The notes beneath the pieces were generated by a model. It was not told the origin of the DNA and made no database searches. It was given only the letters and a program-made list of their open reading frames with translations. This document shows positions 48,967 to 63,645 of a stretch of DNA of 64,000 bases, one piece after another. The stretch covers positions 186,001-250,000 of the forward strand of contig NMRA01000217.1 in NCBI GenBank assembly GCA_002633005.1. The letters run 5' to 3'. Made by a program: the position numbers and the translations under genes. Origin of the DNA: Phoronis australis. Taxonomy: Eukaryota > Animalia > Phoronida. The first letter of the stretch is position 1. Each line of letters begins with the position of its first letter.

Positions 48967-50937
48967 GGTCCCGATATCTACGCAACAACTGTTTGCAGCC
49001 AAGTGTTTTATTGTACATTCCGGCTTTGAGAGACGACAATGGCAAGAGATGACGAGTTACAGACAAATCGGACTATAGCATGCATTATCCCCTAATGTTA
49101 TTTTTACGTTTGCCTCTAAAGCTTAGGATTTCGTTAGCTTACTTTCAACAAATTCTGCAAATAGCTATGCTTCGCAGAGAAGGCACCACTTTCTCAATTC
49201 GGATGAGTTGACGAAATATGCGGCGTTTAATGGATAATTGTATAATTCTAAAGCATACTCATTGAAGCACACCTTTAATTGCAGTGCTATCATGGGCAAA
49301 TATTTCAACGCTTCGCGTTGCTCTTATTGACATCTGTGTACATGTATATCTACTTAACCCTTTGAAAGTTCACAATTTGGCTTGTGTAGACATAGTTTAA
49401 ACTCGACAACAATTGGACCACTCCTGTGCCTCCGAATGGATTTTTTTCTCAAAAAGTGAGTTAAAAATAATTCTGGAATTGCGTTGCCGTCCTGGGTAAA
49501 TTTCAACGCTCCGTGTAGCTCTTGTTTACAGGGAGCGGGTTCAGTAACGCTAAGACCTCGCTAAAAAGCAAGACTTTGCGAGATTACGTGAGATATTGCC
49601 GTGTATTTTAAATAGGATCACGTGACTTTTGCTAGAATTTAGCTAGGTCTTAGCGTAGGTCCTAGCGTTCCTGAACGCACGCCTGCTTTAAAGTATCCAA
49701 GGCACCCCACTGTGTCGATCTGGGTTAACCCAACAAAGAAACTATTGAAGTGCTTCAATGGAGCTGTGATCACGTGGGTTTCAATGACAGCACACAGTTG
49801 TAGATAGAGTCAGTACAGACGCCTATTTTCCTGGTGGCTCTGTCATCAATAAAATGAGTAGAAAAAGGTCAGAACCCTTTTCTCCTCATGAGGAAAAGGT
49901 TTCCTCACAGAACTGACAACAGAATGTCACAGAGCCAAAACAAGTCATCGGAAGTAACAGTCTTGGAGGGACAGTGGGTCCAGACTGGCTAAACGGTTCA
50001 CGCAATCAGAAAAACGCAACCGTGAACTGAGTTTAGGACTTTTGGAAACTAAATGGAACGAGGGAAGTGATGTGGTCGTCCGAGGAGATGAGATCATAGA
50101 AATAGTTTTATAAAGGTATTTAGAGAGCGACTCCGTGCCGTAGTCTGGCGTCCCCTGAGTTACGGCGGGGTCTTTTTGAAAATCAGTCGACATGTGGTTA
50201 GATCTCCCGCCGTTAGGCGCTCATGCTCTGTGTTACCGGTATTCGAAATTTACAGTTCAGATATGACAAGATAAAAAGTTGGCATAACCACATAAATAAT
50301 TTATTTTATTTCTGTGGGCTAGTGCGCTTTCGTACTAGTTCTACGTTCAAGGAAACTGAAAACTTTCCCGTCAAGCCGTCTCCACGTCGGCGTTACGGCG
50401 CTAGTGAAACAAAACAGTTTGCGTGTCCGCAGACTTTTCCATGCTCAGGGAAACAGTTTTTTTTTTTGGTGCTTCTATATAGCCTGCAGTGTGCCAGGTT
50501 GATAAATTACCGAAATGCGACTTCATGAATCTCGTCCGCGGTCGTGCTGCAGAAAATGACTCAAAATAGTCGAGTGGCAGGGGCGGCGCACGGCGCCCGG
50601 CGCCGAATTTCTTTAAACTCCATGGCTGTATTAAGGTTTGAAAAAAAACAACCAAGCATGGTTTTCCATTTTTAAAAATCGATGAACTAATAAGTTATAA
50701 ACTATTAAACTTTGCGAGGTACGAGAAAACTAACGTGTTGACTTAAGCCCTACCATACTCGCGGTGGCTGGGATCATTACTAACACTAATCAGAGATAAC
50801 AACATCACTTCTTTTAATATTCTTTTAATCTCTTTTGACCAGATTTTTACTATGAAGTACTTGTACTTAACTTTTGCTCGCTCTTCATTTTTATGACTGA
50901 CACAAAGCTAGGCACTGGCATTGAACCCCAGTGTCCA
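48967..50937 (+). repeat. ~1.95-kb direct duplicate of 45687-47637, starting at an N gap
   Basis: Colinear, high identity with scattered SNPs and small indels from ggtcccgatatctacgcaac to gaaccccagtgtcca. Confidence 0.85.
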
Positions 50938-52939
50938 TTTTTTGTTTTGTTCTTAAAATAAACTTTTCATGTTCTACTGCTGTACCAACATGTTAAGAAA
51001 TTATACAAAAATAAACAATAATTATCTGTGGTAAAGCGAATTATACAGCGTGATGAAGTGATGATTAACAGCAATAACACTGTTATTGAGATGAGCGCGA
51101 ATGCGTGCTGCTTGTTGAGCATTCCGCGGCATGAAAACACTTGAGGTCGTAAAACAGCCAGCGTTGTATTCTGATTTTTGTGCAATTTTACTGTAAAATT
51201 TCAAATTCCTTGCTTGTTTTTATGCATAATGTACTGTATAAAAAGTCTCATACTAAGAGACAGAAATTATGCTTCCGCGATATTTTTTAACTTTTGATTT
51301 TACCTCGCCGTCAGTAATTCAACATAAAGTTCACGTTGGTGTAATGTCACGCACTTTGTATTTGTAGGTTGATTCGATTTTACCACCTTTCAATAGTTGA
51401 ACAAAAGTTGATAAACCGATGTCAAGACTGGAGTTGCCATTGGTGAACGAACAGCGAAGAGTTAAATGTTTGTTTGGCCAAAGTTCACCCGCTAAGTCAT
51501 AAAATGGCATTTGCCGACCAAGGACACGCTTAATCGGAATTGGTCGTCTCGCTTGACGACCACTTAGCGGACCCAAGTGCCGACCACAGAGGCGACTCAG
51601 CAGACGGCTCCTAGCCGACCGTTGTTGGTCGGCTGCTGGTCGGCTAGACGACTGGTCGACCGGTTGGACAAAAATTCGTGATGTGCGCTGTACCTCATTT
51701 TTGGCCTGCCTGGGTTGGCCAATCCCATCAAACTGGCAATTTATCTAGATGACGTTTGTGAATGGAACTCATTTGTGCGATGATTTGGAAAGGGGAGCAG
51801 CCATTAGAAACTCAGGTACTCATTTTCTACAAGCGATTTTGAAACAGCGCTAAGGCAGTGTACCAGTGACTGGGCCCCGGAAACACGCCCTTTCAAAGTC
51901 TACCCCTTCGAAACGTGGTCCTATTAAAATTCAATTTCCCAAACAGGTTTTCGTCATGTTGATAGGAACTGGTAACAAATATTAAAGAAAGGTACAGTTA
52001 GGAAGCCAATTTTCAGTGAATGGTAACAGGAGTAAATTTCAATCAAAATAAATATCAAGTAATTAGCACATACAGTTCCATTGAATTTGCCCACAAGTTG
52101 TGCATATGTACTTTTAAAACCATGAGTCAAACTGTTTTCACGTACTTTTAACATCTACATCTATTTTTAGATGATGTTTACCACTTTGGTTCTAGGGTCA
52201 ATGCATTATAAAGATTCTAGAAATTTCTGAGATTAGATTGTAACAGCCAGTGATATGATTAGATAAGATCATGTGTTTTTTATTAGCCAATCGTTAAGTA
52301 AGTGCATTATTATAATTTGGTCAAAGTCTATAAAATACTCAGATGGAATTTGTTACTTGAAGCTGCAGGACTTGGTTTGGTGTACTGAAGAAATACTTCA
52401 ACAGACTGTGACCAGCAAGAGGAATCATGGGTAGAAAGATACTGCCTATGGGTTTTACGTCATGTGGGACTGACCAGCAAGAGGAATTGCGGGTAGTCAC
52501 GAAGGACTATGGCCAGCGTAGTGTAATGTGGGTGAAGCGATACTACAGAGTTGTGGCTGCATCATGAGGAACTGTGACAAGCAAGTACACAGTCGCAGTA
52601 CAGTGTGCATTAGTTTGGAGATTCACCAACAGGACTGTCATCCAACGAATGTCGAGTCCTACAGCTTGGATAGCAGATAAGACGATGGATGATTTTTCAT
52701 TAAGAGATTGAAGTAATCCTTACAGAGGGCGCTAGCGTAGTTACTCTTCTTCATTGTTAGTGTACTTAATTAACAACAGGTTTCACTTGTTTTAATTAGT
52801 GGTTATCATATAATTAATTAATAACTGAACTTCATCATACTCTCTCCATCCATCACAATCACAAAGCATGGCTACCTTTTAAACTAAACCCACAGTCAAC
52901 TTCTGACAATTTTCTTCTAACCTAAGGGATTGGAACAAT

Positions 52940-54506
52940 TGACAATCTCATCAGACATTTTTATTACAAAATTTCAAATGACATTACAATGATACCATGA
53001 ATAAAGTATCTAGAAACGAAAATGTCAACCTCATATCATTCTAACACTGTTTTCTTTACTTGCAAACACATCCTCTTACCCTGCAACTTCTACCAACAAG
53101 ATCTCGTCCACCCATACAAACCTACATGTCAATGCAACCTGCACTTTCTTCTTTCCTCACCATCACCCTCGTACAAAATGTTCTGGTGGCCAACATTCAA
53201 ATCACAATAGTGCAAACCCATCGCATAAAGTGCTTTTAAATTTTGCGTATCACTTTGACAGAGATAGCAGATAGGATGAGAAAGAACATCAATTGGAATT
53301 GAAATAACAGAAAAAAACGAACAACAGTAATGGTGTGTATTCAAAACGAGAACATTTACATGATTTAAAACAAAAGAATTAGAAAGCTAATGATCTCTTC
53401 CTAAATCATCAGGATTATTAGGTCCCAAAGTATCTGTACATCGTCGAGGGGCTCACAATAATCTTTTCTTGACAACAGGGCCATGGATAACGTTTTACGG
53501 ACAATGAGAATTTACAACGGCCACACACAAAACTGAAAACCCATTTGTATGTCATAGATACTACACACTTTGTACCTGCCTAAGGAGTTTGTCATTCGTT
53601 TTTAACAATCTGTGAAACAGAAAACAGCTAGCAAATGCTTACAAATGCCATGATGCGTCAGACGCACAACTTATTTTTTGTACACTGAATTCAGTTTGTG
53701 AACTTGATGCCTGCTTGCATGAGGTAATCAAAATCTCACCTTCTGAACAAACGTTAATCACAATTGACCTATCGCAAGCTACGGCCCTTGCAAAAAGTCG
53801 ACAAATAATGTTTTACCTGGCAACATGCTGTTTTTCGGATAAAATGACGACTTGGAAACGAAGGCGTGTCAAAAATGCTGCATTCTGGTTGGTCATTTAA
53901 GCCGTCACTCAAAGTCTTGGCGATAGGTCAATTAAATACATAGCAAAAGCTCTCAATGAAGAAAACAAGAAAGGAAATTCAGAGTCATACACACCGTATG
54001 CACTATTTGTGACCTTCACTTTGTACCATCGTGTTATATCTAGTGATCTTTGAGATCAAAACTAGACTCACTAATCTCATTTCATAACTAACTCACACCA
54101 GGCTGGGGATACAATCTCCACTAGAACCTTGATTCGAAAATTGATTGCAAGGCACGCTTTGAGTAAACACTTGAATCATGGGGGCGAATGGTTACGTTTT
54201 GAGTCTGAGTCGAGTCTGAGTTCAGAGACTACATGTTGGCCCCAGACCTTTTGGTCTTGAAGTGAAAACTGCAACCTGAATCCAGAGAAACACGTTTAAA
54301 TGCAGTGAGTTAGAGGGTACAGAATAAACTACACTGCGTTGTATAAAACGTCAAAACCCATCGCCATCCATTATGTAACCTTACGTAATCAGGCCGAGGT
54401 AATGATCTTCCAAGTGTGTGTCCAATACCAGGAAGAGTGACACTCCTACACAGCATGTGATAAATGCAATTCATCTTATCCACCACGAGACCATCTACCA
54501 TTGCAG
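52940..54506 (-). other. Probable SPT5 3'UTR
   Basis: Runs from the stop to AATAAA on the minus strand (tttatt at 52960-52965). The distal part is retained in the SPT5 duplicate. Confidence 0.55.
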
Positions 54507-57500
54507 TTAATTACTGGATGCCATCTTACACAGGTAGCGTATAGGTATCATCTTCAGGTCCCCCATATCCATTTTGACCACGCCCTCCATGACGTCAATA
54601 CTCAGCAGGGTGCCCGTCGTCTCGCGCTCATCTCCGTGAATCACCTTCACCTGCGCTCAAGAAAAGACAACGCATTATAATTATTTCTATAACCAAGAAA
54701 AGCCATCTTTTTCAAGAAATCCACCCATTAGTCAATAAGGGGGAGAGAACGGAACAGAGATTGTGATATTCAGTCATACTCTACAAAGAAAAGTATTCCA
54801 TTCCCACAGCAGTTGATAAAAGACTATATTCCCACACCAGTCTTGAACTTGGGTAGTACACTGCAAGAGTAATTTCCAGGCCCATCCTGCAGAGCAGAGA
54901 TGCATGAAACTTGGGTTACACCAAAGGTGCTTTGTTCAAAAATGGCTATGCGATAAGTCATCCAGCACATAACGTTTAAGCAACTGGGCATAAATGAGTA
55001 TTTTACAAACTCCTACAACATGAGCGAGCTACTTGGTAGTTATCAGAGCTCAGAGACTTCATTATTTTAAATCTTCAGCAGCACCCCACATCCAACTAAG
55101 TCTCCCTACTGACCTTGTGACCTTTCTCTGGCACAACAGGCTCCAAGTGTTCACTGGGCACGCTCACAGTTCTATCGCCTTCCTTCAGATATAAAGTACA
55201 CATGCCACCCTACAGAGGGAATATAACGCAAGATTACTGCTAGGTCGTAATTTATGGCTTAAAAGACTCAGTTTCACATTTTGCATACTTGTGCCCAGTG
55301 ATGTTCTGTTTCTGGGTCTGTGACAACAACGACACTTCACTTGAGATTTCATTAATTAATTCAGCAATTGCTTGGCACGGTTTGAGTAAAGTTTCAAAAA
55401 AACATGCAATGCCATTACACAATACTTTAATAGAGTCTCGGTCAAAATTTGATGGTGACAAGACTATGGGTAGCAGTGCATAACACAAAACTCTAGGGAA
55501 CACTTGAGACCAAATTTCTAACGGAATGGAAGTAAAATTTTCCTCACAGCTTTCTATCATAAATTAATATTCCAGCACCAATTATTCAATGTGACCATTT
55601 TGCTAATATATGCGATTGAGGTCCCAAGTTTGCTCGTGAAACAAACGCCTTTTGCATGACTTTGGTTATCTTCTTTTTCATGCAAAAATTTGCTCTACAG
55701 AACAATTAGTTTCCCACAAGTCCATTTGCAGCATGGTTCAATATAACAGAATGTAAGCCTTTAAACACAATGCATGACTACCGGACACTTTGCCTTGATG
55801 AGATCTGTGCTCAGGGTCTAATGTTTGTATTGGAAATCAAATTCTAATTTTGTTTGCCAACCCAAGATAAGTCACCATAGCTCAAACACATTATGGTTTA
55901 AGTGCAAGGCCATTTAATCCTAATTTCTATTTGACGACCACAACATAAGCTAAAAGTTTGAGTCTAAACTCGAAGACTCAAGTTTTTACACGAGATTGTA
56001 GCTCGAATCAAGGGATCTTCTGGTGCAAACTGATATGCATGAACCGTAAAATACTCGAGCACAGAATAGACATCCATCTCGAATTTGCACAAAAGTAGAA
56101 CAGATGTCAAAAATAAATTTGAGGTCAAATTTGAGTACAAAGATTAGACTCCGCCCGATGACTCTAGAGTTAACTCCATATTTGCAGAAGTTAGAGACAC
56201 GTAGATAATACTGCGTTGTTTCTGACTGCTATGTAGCAATAACGCATTTATGTGCTGAAGAACAAGTAAATTTCTGGAAAACCACAGTTTGAAAATTTCT
56301 CGACTTATCTAGTGAGAGTGTTACACAGGCATATACGGCTAGTTCTGGATACGAGTGAAGCTTCACACATGAGCACATTGGGTCAACTTACGCAAATTTC
56401 TGTTATCTCGTGCAGCTCTCAATATTGTAAAATCAACAATTACAAGCTGTGTAATTGAAACAATAATCTCTGCTCTAGCAGCCCTTACCGACACGCTGCG
56501 TATGTCTCCAACCTGATGGACCAAGCTCTTTTCATCGCATGTCTCCTTTACGCGTACCAAGATGTCTGTTGTCTGCCAGTCATGAGATATAAACTCCATA
56601 CCTAAAATCATAGCCAAAACCTAGTCCACCACCTAACTGCTGGCACAACACCACTTAAAAACACAAGTGCCATGAGCACCTAAGTCGTTAACGAAAGCCG
56701 ATTGTTGCTGGCTGAAACATTCAAGCTTGTCCCCTAGTAAGTGAGCTTGAATATTTTTTTAACGTCGTTTAACTGGTTCCAAACTCACCCTCCATCACAA
56801 AAATCAACATTTATTGAGACTATTTACCTTAAAGAAACTGACCTCAATTTGGTCGTTAGTCAAATTAGAAGGCATGTCTCGACTTGGAAAAAACTGACAC
56901 TTTGTCATCGTTTGAGGCCCAGCTCTACAAGTTGGCGTGTCAGGGCAGCAAAGTTTTAAGCGAAAACGGTCTCTTCCAAGCCAAAAATCGCTTCTCATCT
57001 GAGTTAGGAACAAGTAGCGATCAGATTCATAGACACGAGTTGTTTAAATCAAAAGTTATATGTTAGTTTCTTTAGTGGAATGCGAGATTATAGCCGCCTT
57101 AAGTGATGACTATGTTGATCATCCTGGAACATAGTCACATTCTAAGCAATACAATCAGCCATAGTGATCCCCTTGGTCATTGTGACAATACTAATGACGA
57201 GGCAATGAGGCTCAGTGGTTTGAACTCCAGATTCCTGTTGGGGAGACCTGGGTTCGAATCCTGGCTTCACTGGCTGAAAATCGAGCATTTCACAAAGGTG
57301 TCCCCTACTCCTCTGAGCTCGATCTTACTAGTGAATGTATGCAAGGGAGTAAATAAGAACTTGCTAATGATGTCACATCCCAATGAATTTACTTCTGACT
57401 TTTTACTAAAATCGGTCTCCTGGTGACCACTTATTCACAATAGCAGATCTTTGCATGACGACACACATTTGGAAGATAGAACTAGTTACCTGCACCGGGT

Positions 57501-60500
57501 GTTTGTGGTGTGTACGCAGCTCCAGGGGTCATGGGACTGTAGCCAAGAGGAGATGGTGAGCTGATGTAACCACCGGGTGAAGGAGTTCCCTGAAAACCAG
57601 CAGGGCTGGGTGTGGGCACGTACCCTGCAGGGCTCGGGGTTCCTAGAAGATCGAGGCGATGGCTATTAATACAACATTTAAGTTAGGAAGTAAATGAAGA
57701 TCTTTCAAAATCAAAACCACTTGACCATTACCAGATTCAGATATTATCTCACTCAACACTTTCAATTAATCTAATGTAGAAAAAATATTTTCATGAAATA
57801 GATCTTTAATTACAGTTGACAAACTAAGCATAGAAAGCTCTGACTGGTAAAATTCTCCAAAATCCCAAGACCAGCGTATTATCAACTATCTTGCATCGAT
57901 CCTTCGCACCGATCGTCTTGCGTCCAATGCACCCACTGGAAGATATTTTGGTAAAATCTTGCACTGCAATGCCATGCATTGCCTAACTATGCATTTTAGT
58001 ACAGTGTTACTTTACGTACACTCACAAAGCTCAACATATAAACACTTGCAAAACCCAAAACTATGTGTTAAAACAATGACGACAAAATCAATAAAGTTTT
58101 CTGGGAATGCATAGCCCAGGTGCAGAATATTCCTTTAATACAACCTTATAATTCCTCGTTTACTCACCTTGATAGCCTGATGGAGAAGGTGTTGCAGTGT
58201 ATGGTGAATATGTGCCGGGTGTCTGAGGAGTGTAGGGCCCGCCGGGACTGGGAACATCCGCCTGGTAGCCAGGGGTGGCGGCGTTAGATGGAGGCTGGTA
58301 GTCCCGCGGTGATGGTGACGGTTCAAAGTCATAGTCAAAATCATTTGTCCTGCAGAAGTAAAGCAGTTGTTATCAGGAGCTAAAAGATCACAAATAACCA
58401 CAGAGGTCCTAATAAGACTACAACTATTACAGAGTGCTTTGATTTAAATAACATTACAGAACGCATAAACTAAACAACAGGCAGACAAACCAAATTTTTA
58501 CTGAGTGAAAGTAAATGACAAACGTTAAGTTAACAATTTATGGTGTCTGACACATCAGAGATAATTCCATGCAAACTTAGGCAATTGGTAAGAAGTGGGA
58601 AATGTTGCAAATGACAAAGAGTAAGCTTACTTTTTGGTACACGCAAAAGTGACACCAAAAGCCAAAAACCAAAATTGCTAACAAATACAGTTTTTTCAAA
58701 ATTTCTACCATGTGGGTGTATACAACTGAAATGATGTGTTTAACAGTCGAGAAACATATTTCAAAGAAATGCTTCTCAAAAAGGCCTATGCGCCCAAGTT
58801 TCACCCAAAGATTCAGAAGACTAACCCTTGCACATGTGCATGTCATAAGCTGGGGGCCATTTTTTGTTCATTGAATACACTTTAACGTCTACCATTTTGT
58901 AGAAGATATGTAAAGTTTGTCAATATTTGAAAATTTTGCTCCTTGGTTTCATGCCTTACCACATGCACAGGAATCTGAACATAGTCGCAGCTACACACAT
59001 AGGTGCATGGGCCTGAACATGAGAATGTGAAGTAAAAATATGCTTATTTTATTCACAGCCATGACAATACAGCAAGAACTTTACCCGAAACTAATAAGTC
59101 GCACCAGGACATGAATAATACCGGAGCTCTGGCTAACAATCTCCCCCAAGGTATTTGAATCCATTTTAGGATGATGCGCCTTTGCTGCCCGACTTACCTT
59201 GAAGGTGTGTTGGCGTTGGATGGGTCCCAGGCACCGGTCTGTCCGGGGGTACGGCTGCCATCATGAAGTGGGGTCTGGCTGCCATAGTGGGGCGTACGAC
59301 TACCGTCATGCAGGGGTGTGGCAGAGCCGTACATAGGTGTGCGTGAGCCGGAGTAGCTAGGTGTCTGGCCACTGTAGCTGGGTGTGCGACCGTATGAGGT
59401 AGTACTACCTGGACGGGTGCCCCTGTAGATACAAAGATATGTGTTACTATGACTACGAAATCCATAATACCTAGTAAAAACTAGAAATAATAACTATAAC
59501 AGTAATAATAATAATAACAATATGGCATTTATATAATGCTAAAATTGATTAGCGTGTGTAAGTAGTAGTAATTAAAACCAATGTACATTGAAATTAAAAT
59601 ATGCCATTGAAAACTAGTTCAGAAGTGCCTTAGTGTGAGTGTCTGTTTCGTTCATCAGAATAATATAAAACAGATGTAGACAGGGGTTTGTGTACACTGT
59701 ACTACACTGTATGTGTACTGTCCCTGGCAAGATGTTCCAACAATATCTATCATTTACAACCAGTCGTGACAACAGAGCACCATTTTAATAATAATATACG
59801 GTTAACTAGCTAACCTTTATGCGTAACACTCCGCCTATCAGCTTTGAAAGTATTTCTTGAGGACCTCACAATAAGTACAAAACTGTGACTTGTATTTTTA
59901 TGCGATGACCCAAGAGCCTTTACAATACAACTGTTTTGAATTGGCTAAGTGTGGCCTTACGTGAGAGTGCTGAGTCGGCTGATGTCCACACTGATCGTCT
60001 TACAGCTGGAGTGAAGCTCCACTCTGGCCGTCGAGTCCGTGGCGTCCTTAACGATACCTATGTGCCCCTTGAATGGACCCTGGATGATCCGCACAGTCTG
60101 GGACAAGAGCGATGAGTCCCGTCTTCCACGACCTCGACCCCGCCCAGCACCACTGTCACCTCGCCCACCGCCGGCACCACCGCCAGAGGGATGGGCAGGG
60201 CTTGAGAGGCGGGGTGACATGTAGCCAGGCATGACGGGCCCTGTGCTCTGCTGTAAGAACAGGAATGAAAACACATATTTTAGAAACATTATCGAGGAGA
60301 GGAATCACATACTAGGATCTAATAATTTAATGCTGACTTCCACTCACTTGAGGGTTTGGAATCATGGTGGACAAAAAGAGTCAGTTTCCCTATTGACAAC
60401 TAGTGTCAACCCTACAAAATTACGGGTGTACATGTACTCCATCAGTCATAAGCTTAAGAACTAAAATGTAAATAAGATACTGAGTAGAAGAAAAACTGGA

Positions 60501-63500
60501 CTCCATAATCTAAGGTTGAAATTGGCGAACATTCAAACAAACACTTTTATGTGTCTGAAAACTTGAATGGACATCACAGCGATGAAGAGCAGACACCAGT
60601 GGATACTGGGAACCAGAACGCACAAAGTATGGCGCCTGAATACACACTTGCAATGACCCATGTCACAAACAAACCCCCCTGGGTTCACTCACCCTCGTTC
60701 CACCAGCCAGTGTCAAGTGCCTCGTCCTACACACAAATATACCGCCATTATCCGTCATCATGCGGGAATGAAGGAAGGCGAAGCTACGATACAGATGTTT
60801 GATTTCACCTTGGCGACCCTGGCAGAAAAAAACAACAACAATGCATTCATTTCTTAAACAAAAAATCCATCATAAAACAGCGATCAACCGACAAGGTGAC
60901 AAACAATCCTAGATATCAGACTAAGGAAGAAGTTGCTTTAAGGTTACGTAGGACTTTATCAACAAATGTGTGTTTAGCTGAATACCTAAAACATCTATAG
61001 ATTAAAAATGCTGCAATAGAACACGTATTTTTTTAAAGTAGAAAATATTAAAGGCATTTTTCTACAGTCCTGTATAACCATAACATGAACACCATCAGGG
61101 AACTGTTGTAACACAATTTACAGTCTAAATATCTGCGTTACCGCCGGCCAATGAATGTGTGTATTGCCAACATACCGAGTGCGGTCCGTCGACTACTTTC
61201 ACGATGTCCCTCACTTGTATGTTATTGTTCTCGGCGTCCAGTGCTACAGCATTCCTCGAGTCCCGTTTCTTGGTCACACTAGTAGGTTTAACAAGTTTGA
61301 CCTGGATGACAAAATGTGCAGAATTTACAGTTAATGCGAGAACCTAATTATAAAGTACGCTATCCACATTTGACTTATTATTAAAAGCTCTAAAGCTTAA
61401 ACCTGCGTATAACCTTGTTTAGCTGGCTAAAAATTATAATTATATTAGGCCATTTGCTCTCTTATAAAATCGATCACATAATATTCCTTACTGTCAGAGG
61501 ATTTCATTTCCCCAACCAACTCAGGCAATGCGTATGTGTGCCATTTTTGAATTTGCAGTTTTAGGGTTGACCAATGAAACTCTGAAGCCTTTTCTCGAGT
61601 CATTGGTGGTTTCAATGTTCTTGGTAAAAAAAATGAAATTCTATCATGGCAAGGAGTATTACGAGATCAACTTTATGACAGCAAAAGGCAACTTGATTTT
61701 CCGTTCTCAGCCAGCTAAACAAGGCGAAATGCAACTTTAACTTTGAGCCTCAGATTATTTTTAAAATGTTCCGATCTCAAAAACATTCAAAACTTACACC
61801 ATTGTTTTAGCATAGTTACAGTACAAGCTCATAGAACTGGAACACTCAGGGCTTGGAATGACCAATGACAAAAAACACGGAAACTTTTACGGCCCAAAAC
61901 ATGCGCGCTACCCGGCCTTGACATAGTCGATGCGAACCTTTCGCCGACAAAATTCGGTAGGACTAAAAAAAAAAAGAAAAAAAAAAGAAAAAAAACCACC
62001 ATCAGTAGCGTGCGGCTGCGTCTTTTTACCTCGTCCATCCGCTCCTCCACTCCCATCCCCACACATTTTTGGCTGCAGAGCCGTAGTATTTGTCACCGCG
62101 GTTTACAATCACACGAGACGCCATTGAAAATCCCACCACGCTATCCCAGATGCCCCAGCAATGTTGACAGTTTATGTTCCTCCGAAACATAAAGAGCAAC
62201 TTCCGCTTTTCAAGGTGAACCTCGTCGGCAACGCCGCGGTAAGAAAGAAATTTGCCGCGGAAATTTTATATCAAATCCGATTTTTTTACGCGGAAATATA
62301 ATAAACGCCGACAGAACATTTGAAAAAACAGGAAATCCACGTTTCCGCGGAAAATTCCAAGCCCTGAACACTCGCCACTTCGGACAAGAAAAAAATATTT
62401 CTTCAAGCGATCATTTGTTACTCGTCACTTTCGGACACATACTGAACATACTTGGAATACAAATTTTATGATAAAGTTGCATATAAAACTGCACAACATG
62501 ACATAAACAATATAAGAGTTATTCGTAGTAGAGAATTTTTGTTGGTTCAGACACAAGCAATTTTGTTAAAGCAGGAGTTCGAACATGTGCTGATGGAGAG
62601 ACGTCGGGGTTTCTTGAAAACTGAACAAGCATAAAATGGTAAAAAATAATCACATTTTCACTGTCCACAGGACTTTACCGTACAGTTATTTTGGCTGACA
62701 TTGCATAGTATTGTTTTCATTTCAGTTCAGTTACTCCTAATTCTATTTTCAGAGTTCATGGATGAAGGTCTCGAAAGAATACCGCTTGCTCACGCAGACC
62801 CCCACAGTTTCATCTGTCAATGCTGGCTCCCCACGGGACAGGACATGTGAAAAACGACCACTAAATTTCGACGCAATAAAAACCCTCACCTTGCCGTGCA
62901 TGCTCAACACTTGAAAAGACTCTCGCTCCAGTCGCACTATTACTCCGACCGTCTGGGGACTGAAAACACACAACAGGGTAAACAATGTCAAGAGGATGGT
63001 AGACTGTGTCACCATGGAAACATTGAATTTACTCTAGATGCTCATCCCACTAATCATCTGGCCGTAGAGCCTCAAAGAAATGTTAACATCACAGTGCACG
63101 TAATGTGAACTATCAACTGTCATGGCCCTCCAAAATCACATACAGCATCAGATACTACACATCCGACTGGCCATGCTTATTATTCTGGAAGAGGAAACAG
63201 TTTTCACAACAAAACGACAGATTCGGTGTCGCAAAAACCAGTGAACAGTTGTGACAACTGTTTATGGGAGAAATTCTATTTCTGATTAACTGCCAGTACT
63301 CTACAGAATTCCATTTTCCTTCTCTGATGAAAAAAAGCTCATGTATAATTTGTATTAGAAAATATGATGGGACAAAACAAATGTTACGTGATTCTGTCAT
63401 TTTAACTTTAAACTACTGACACAGACAGAAGCATGTGTGGACAAGATATTTTTAATGTCTGTTAAAAATTTTTTATAAGTAATGAGCGGACATCAACAGA

Positions 63501-63645
63501 CTGCTTCTTCAATAAGGGCTACCAGAGTCCGGAGACTGACCACTTACTCTAACTGGACCATGTCTCCAAACTGAAACTGACCAAGGGAGTCCACACCTGT
63601 GGCCATATCTGTGCACAGCTGTAGGTCCTTAGGCAACACTTTCAA
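54507..63645 (-). CDS. SUPT5H: Transcription elongation factor SPT5 (DSIF large subunit), last 11 coding exons; 5' part outside window
   Basis: Exons 63645-63548, 62959-62890, 61301-61176, 60818-60693, 60250-59961, 59422-59198, 58349-58168, 57642-57490, 56601-56489, 55209-55114 and 54650-54507 all join GT-AG in frame. Sequence includes [55 protein letters not shown] (KOW4), the RG box, [21 protein letters not shown] (KOW5), GSRTP/GSQTP CTR repeats, PSP.GY repeats, and the C-terminal KOW6-7 ([19 protein letters not shown]). Confidence 0.97.
57199..57310 (+). mobile_element. tRNA-derived SINE head in an SPT5 intron
   Basis: GGCTCAGTGGTT (A box) ... CTGGGTTCGAATCCTGG (B box). It does not fold into a full tRNA. 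Confidence 0.55.
61847..62366. mobile_element. hAT-like non-autonomous transposon in an SPT5 intron
   Basis: Perfect 13-bp TIRs CAGGGCTTGGAAT/ATTCCAAGCCCTG, flanking direct repeat AACACT, and subterminal CCGCGG motifs. Confidence 0.75.

Noticed and set aside
52400-52650. Repeat-spacer pattern as a CRISPR array
   Set aside because: The repeats are degenerate, the spacing is irregular, and the context is a eukaryotic genome.
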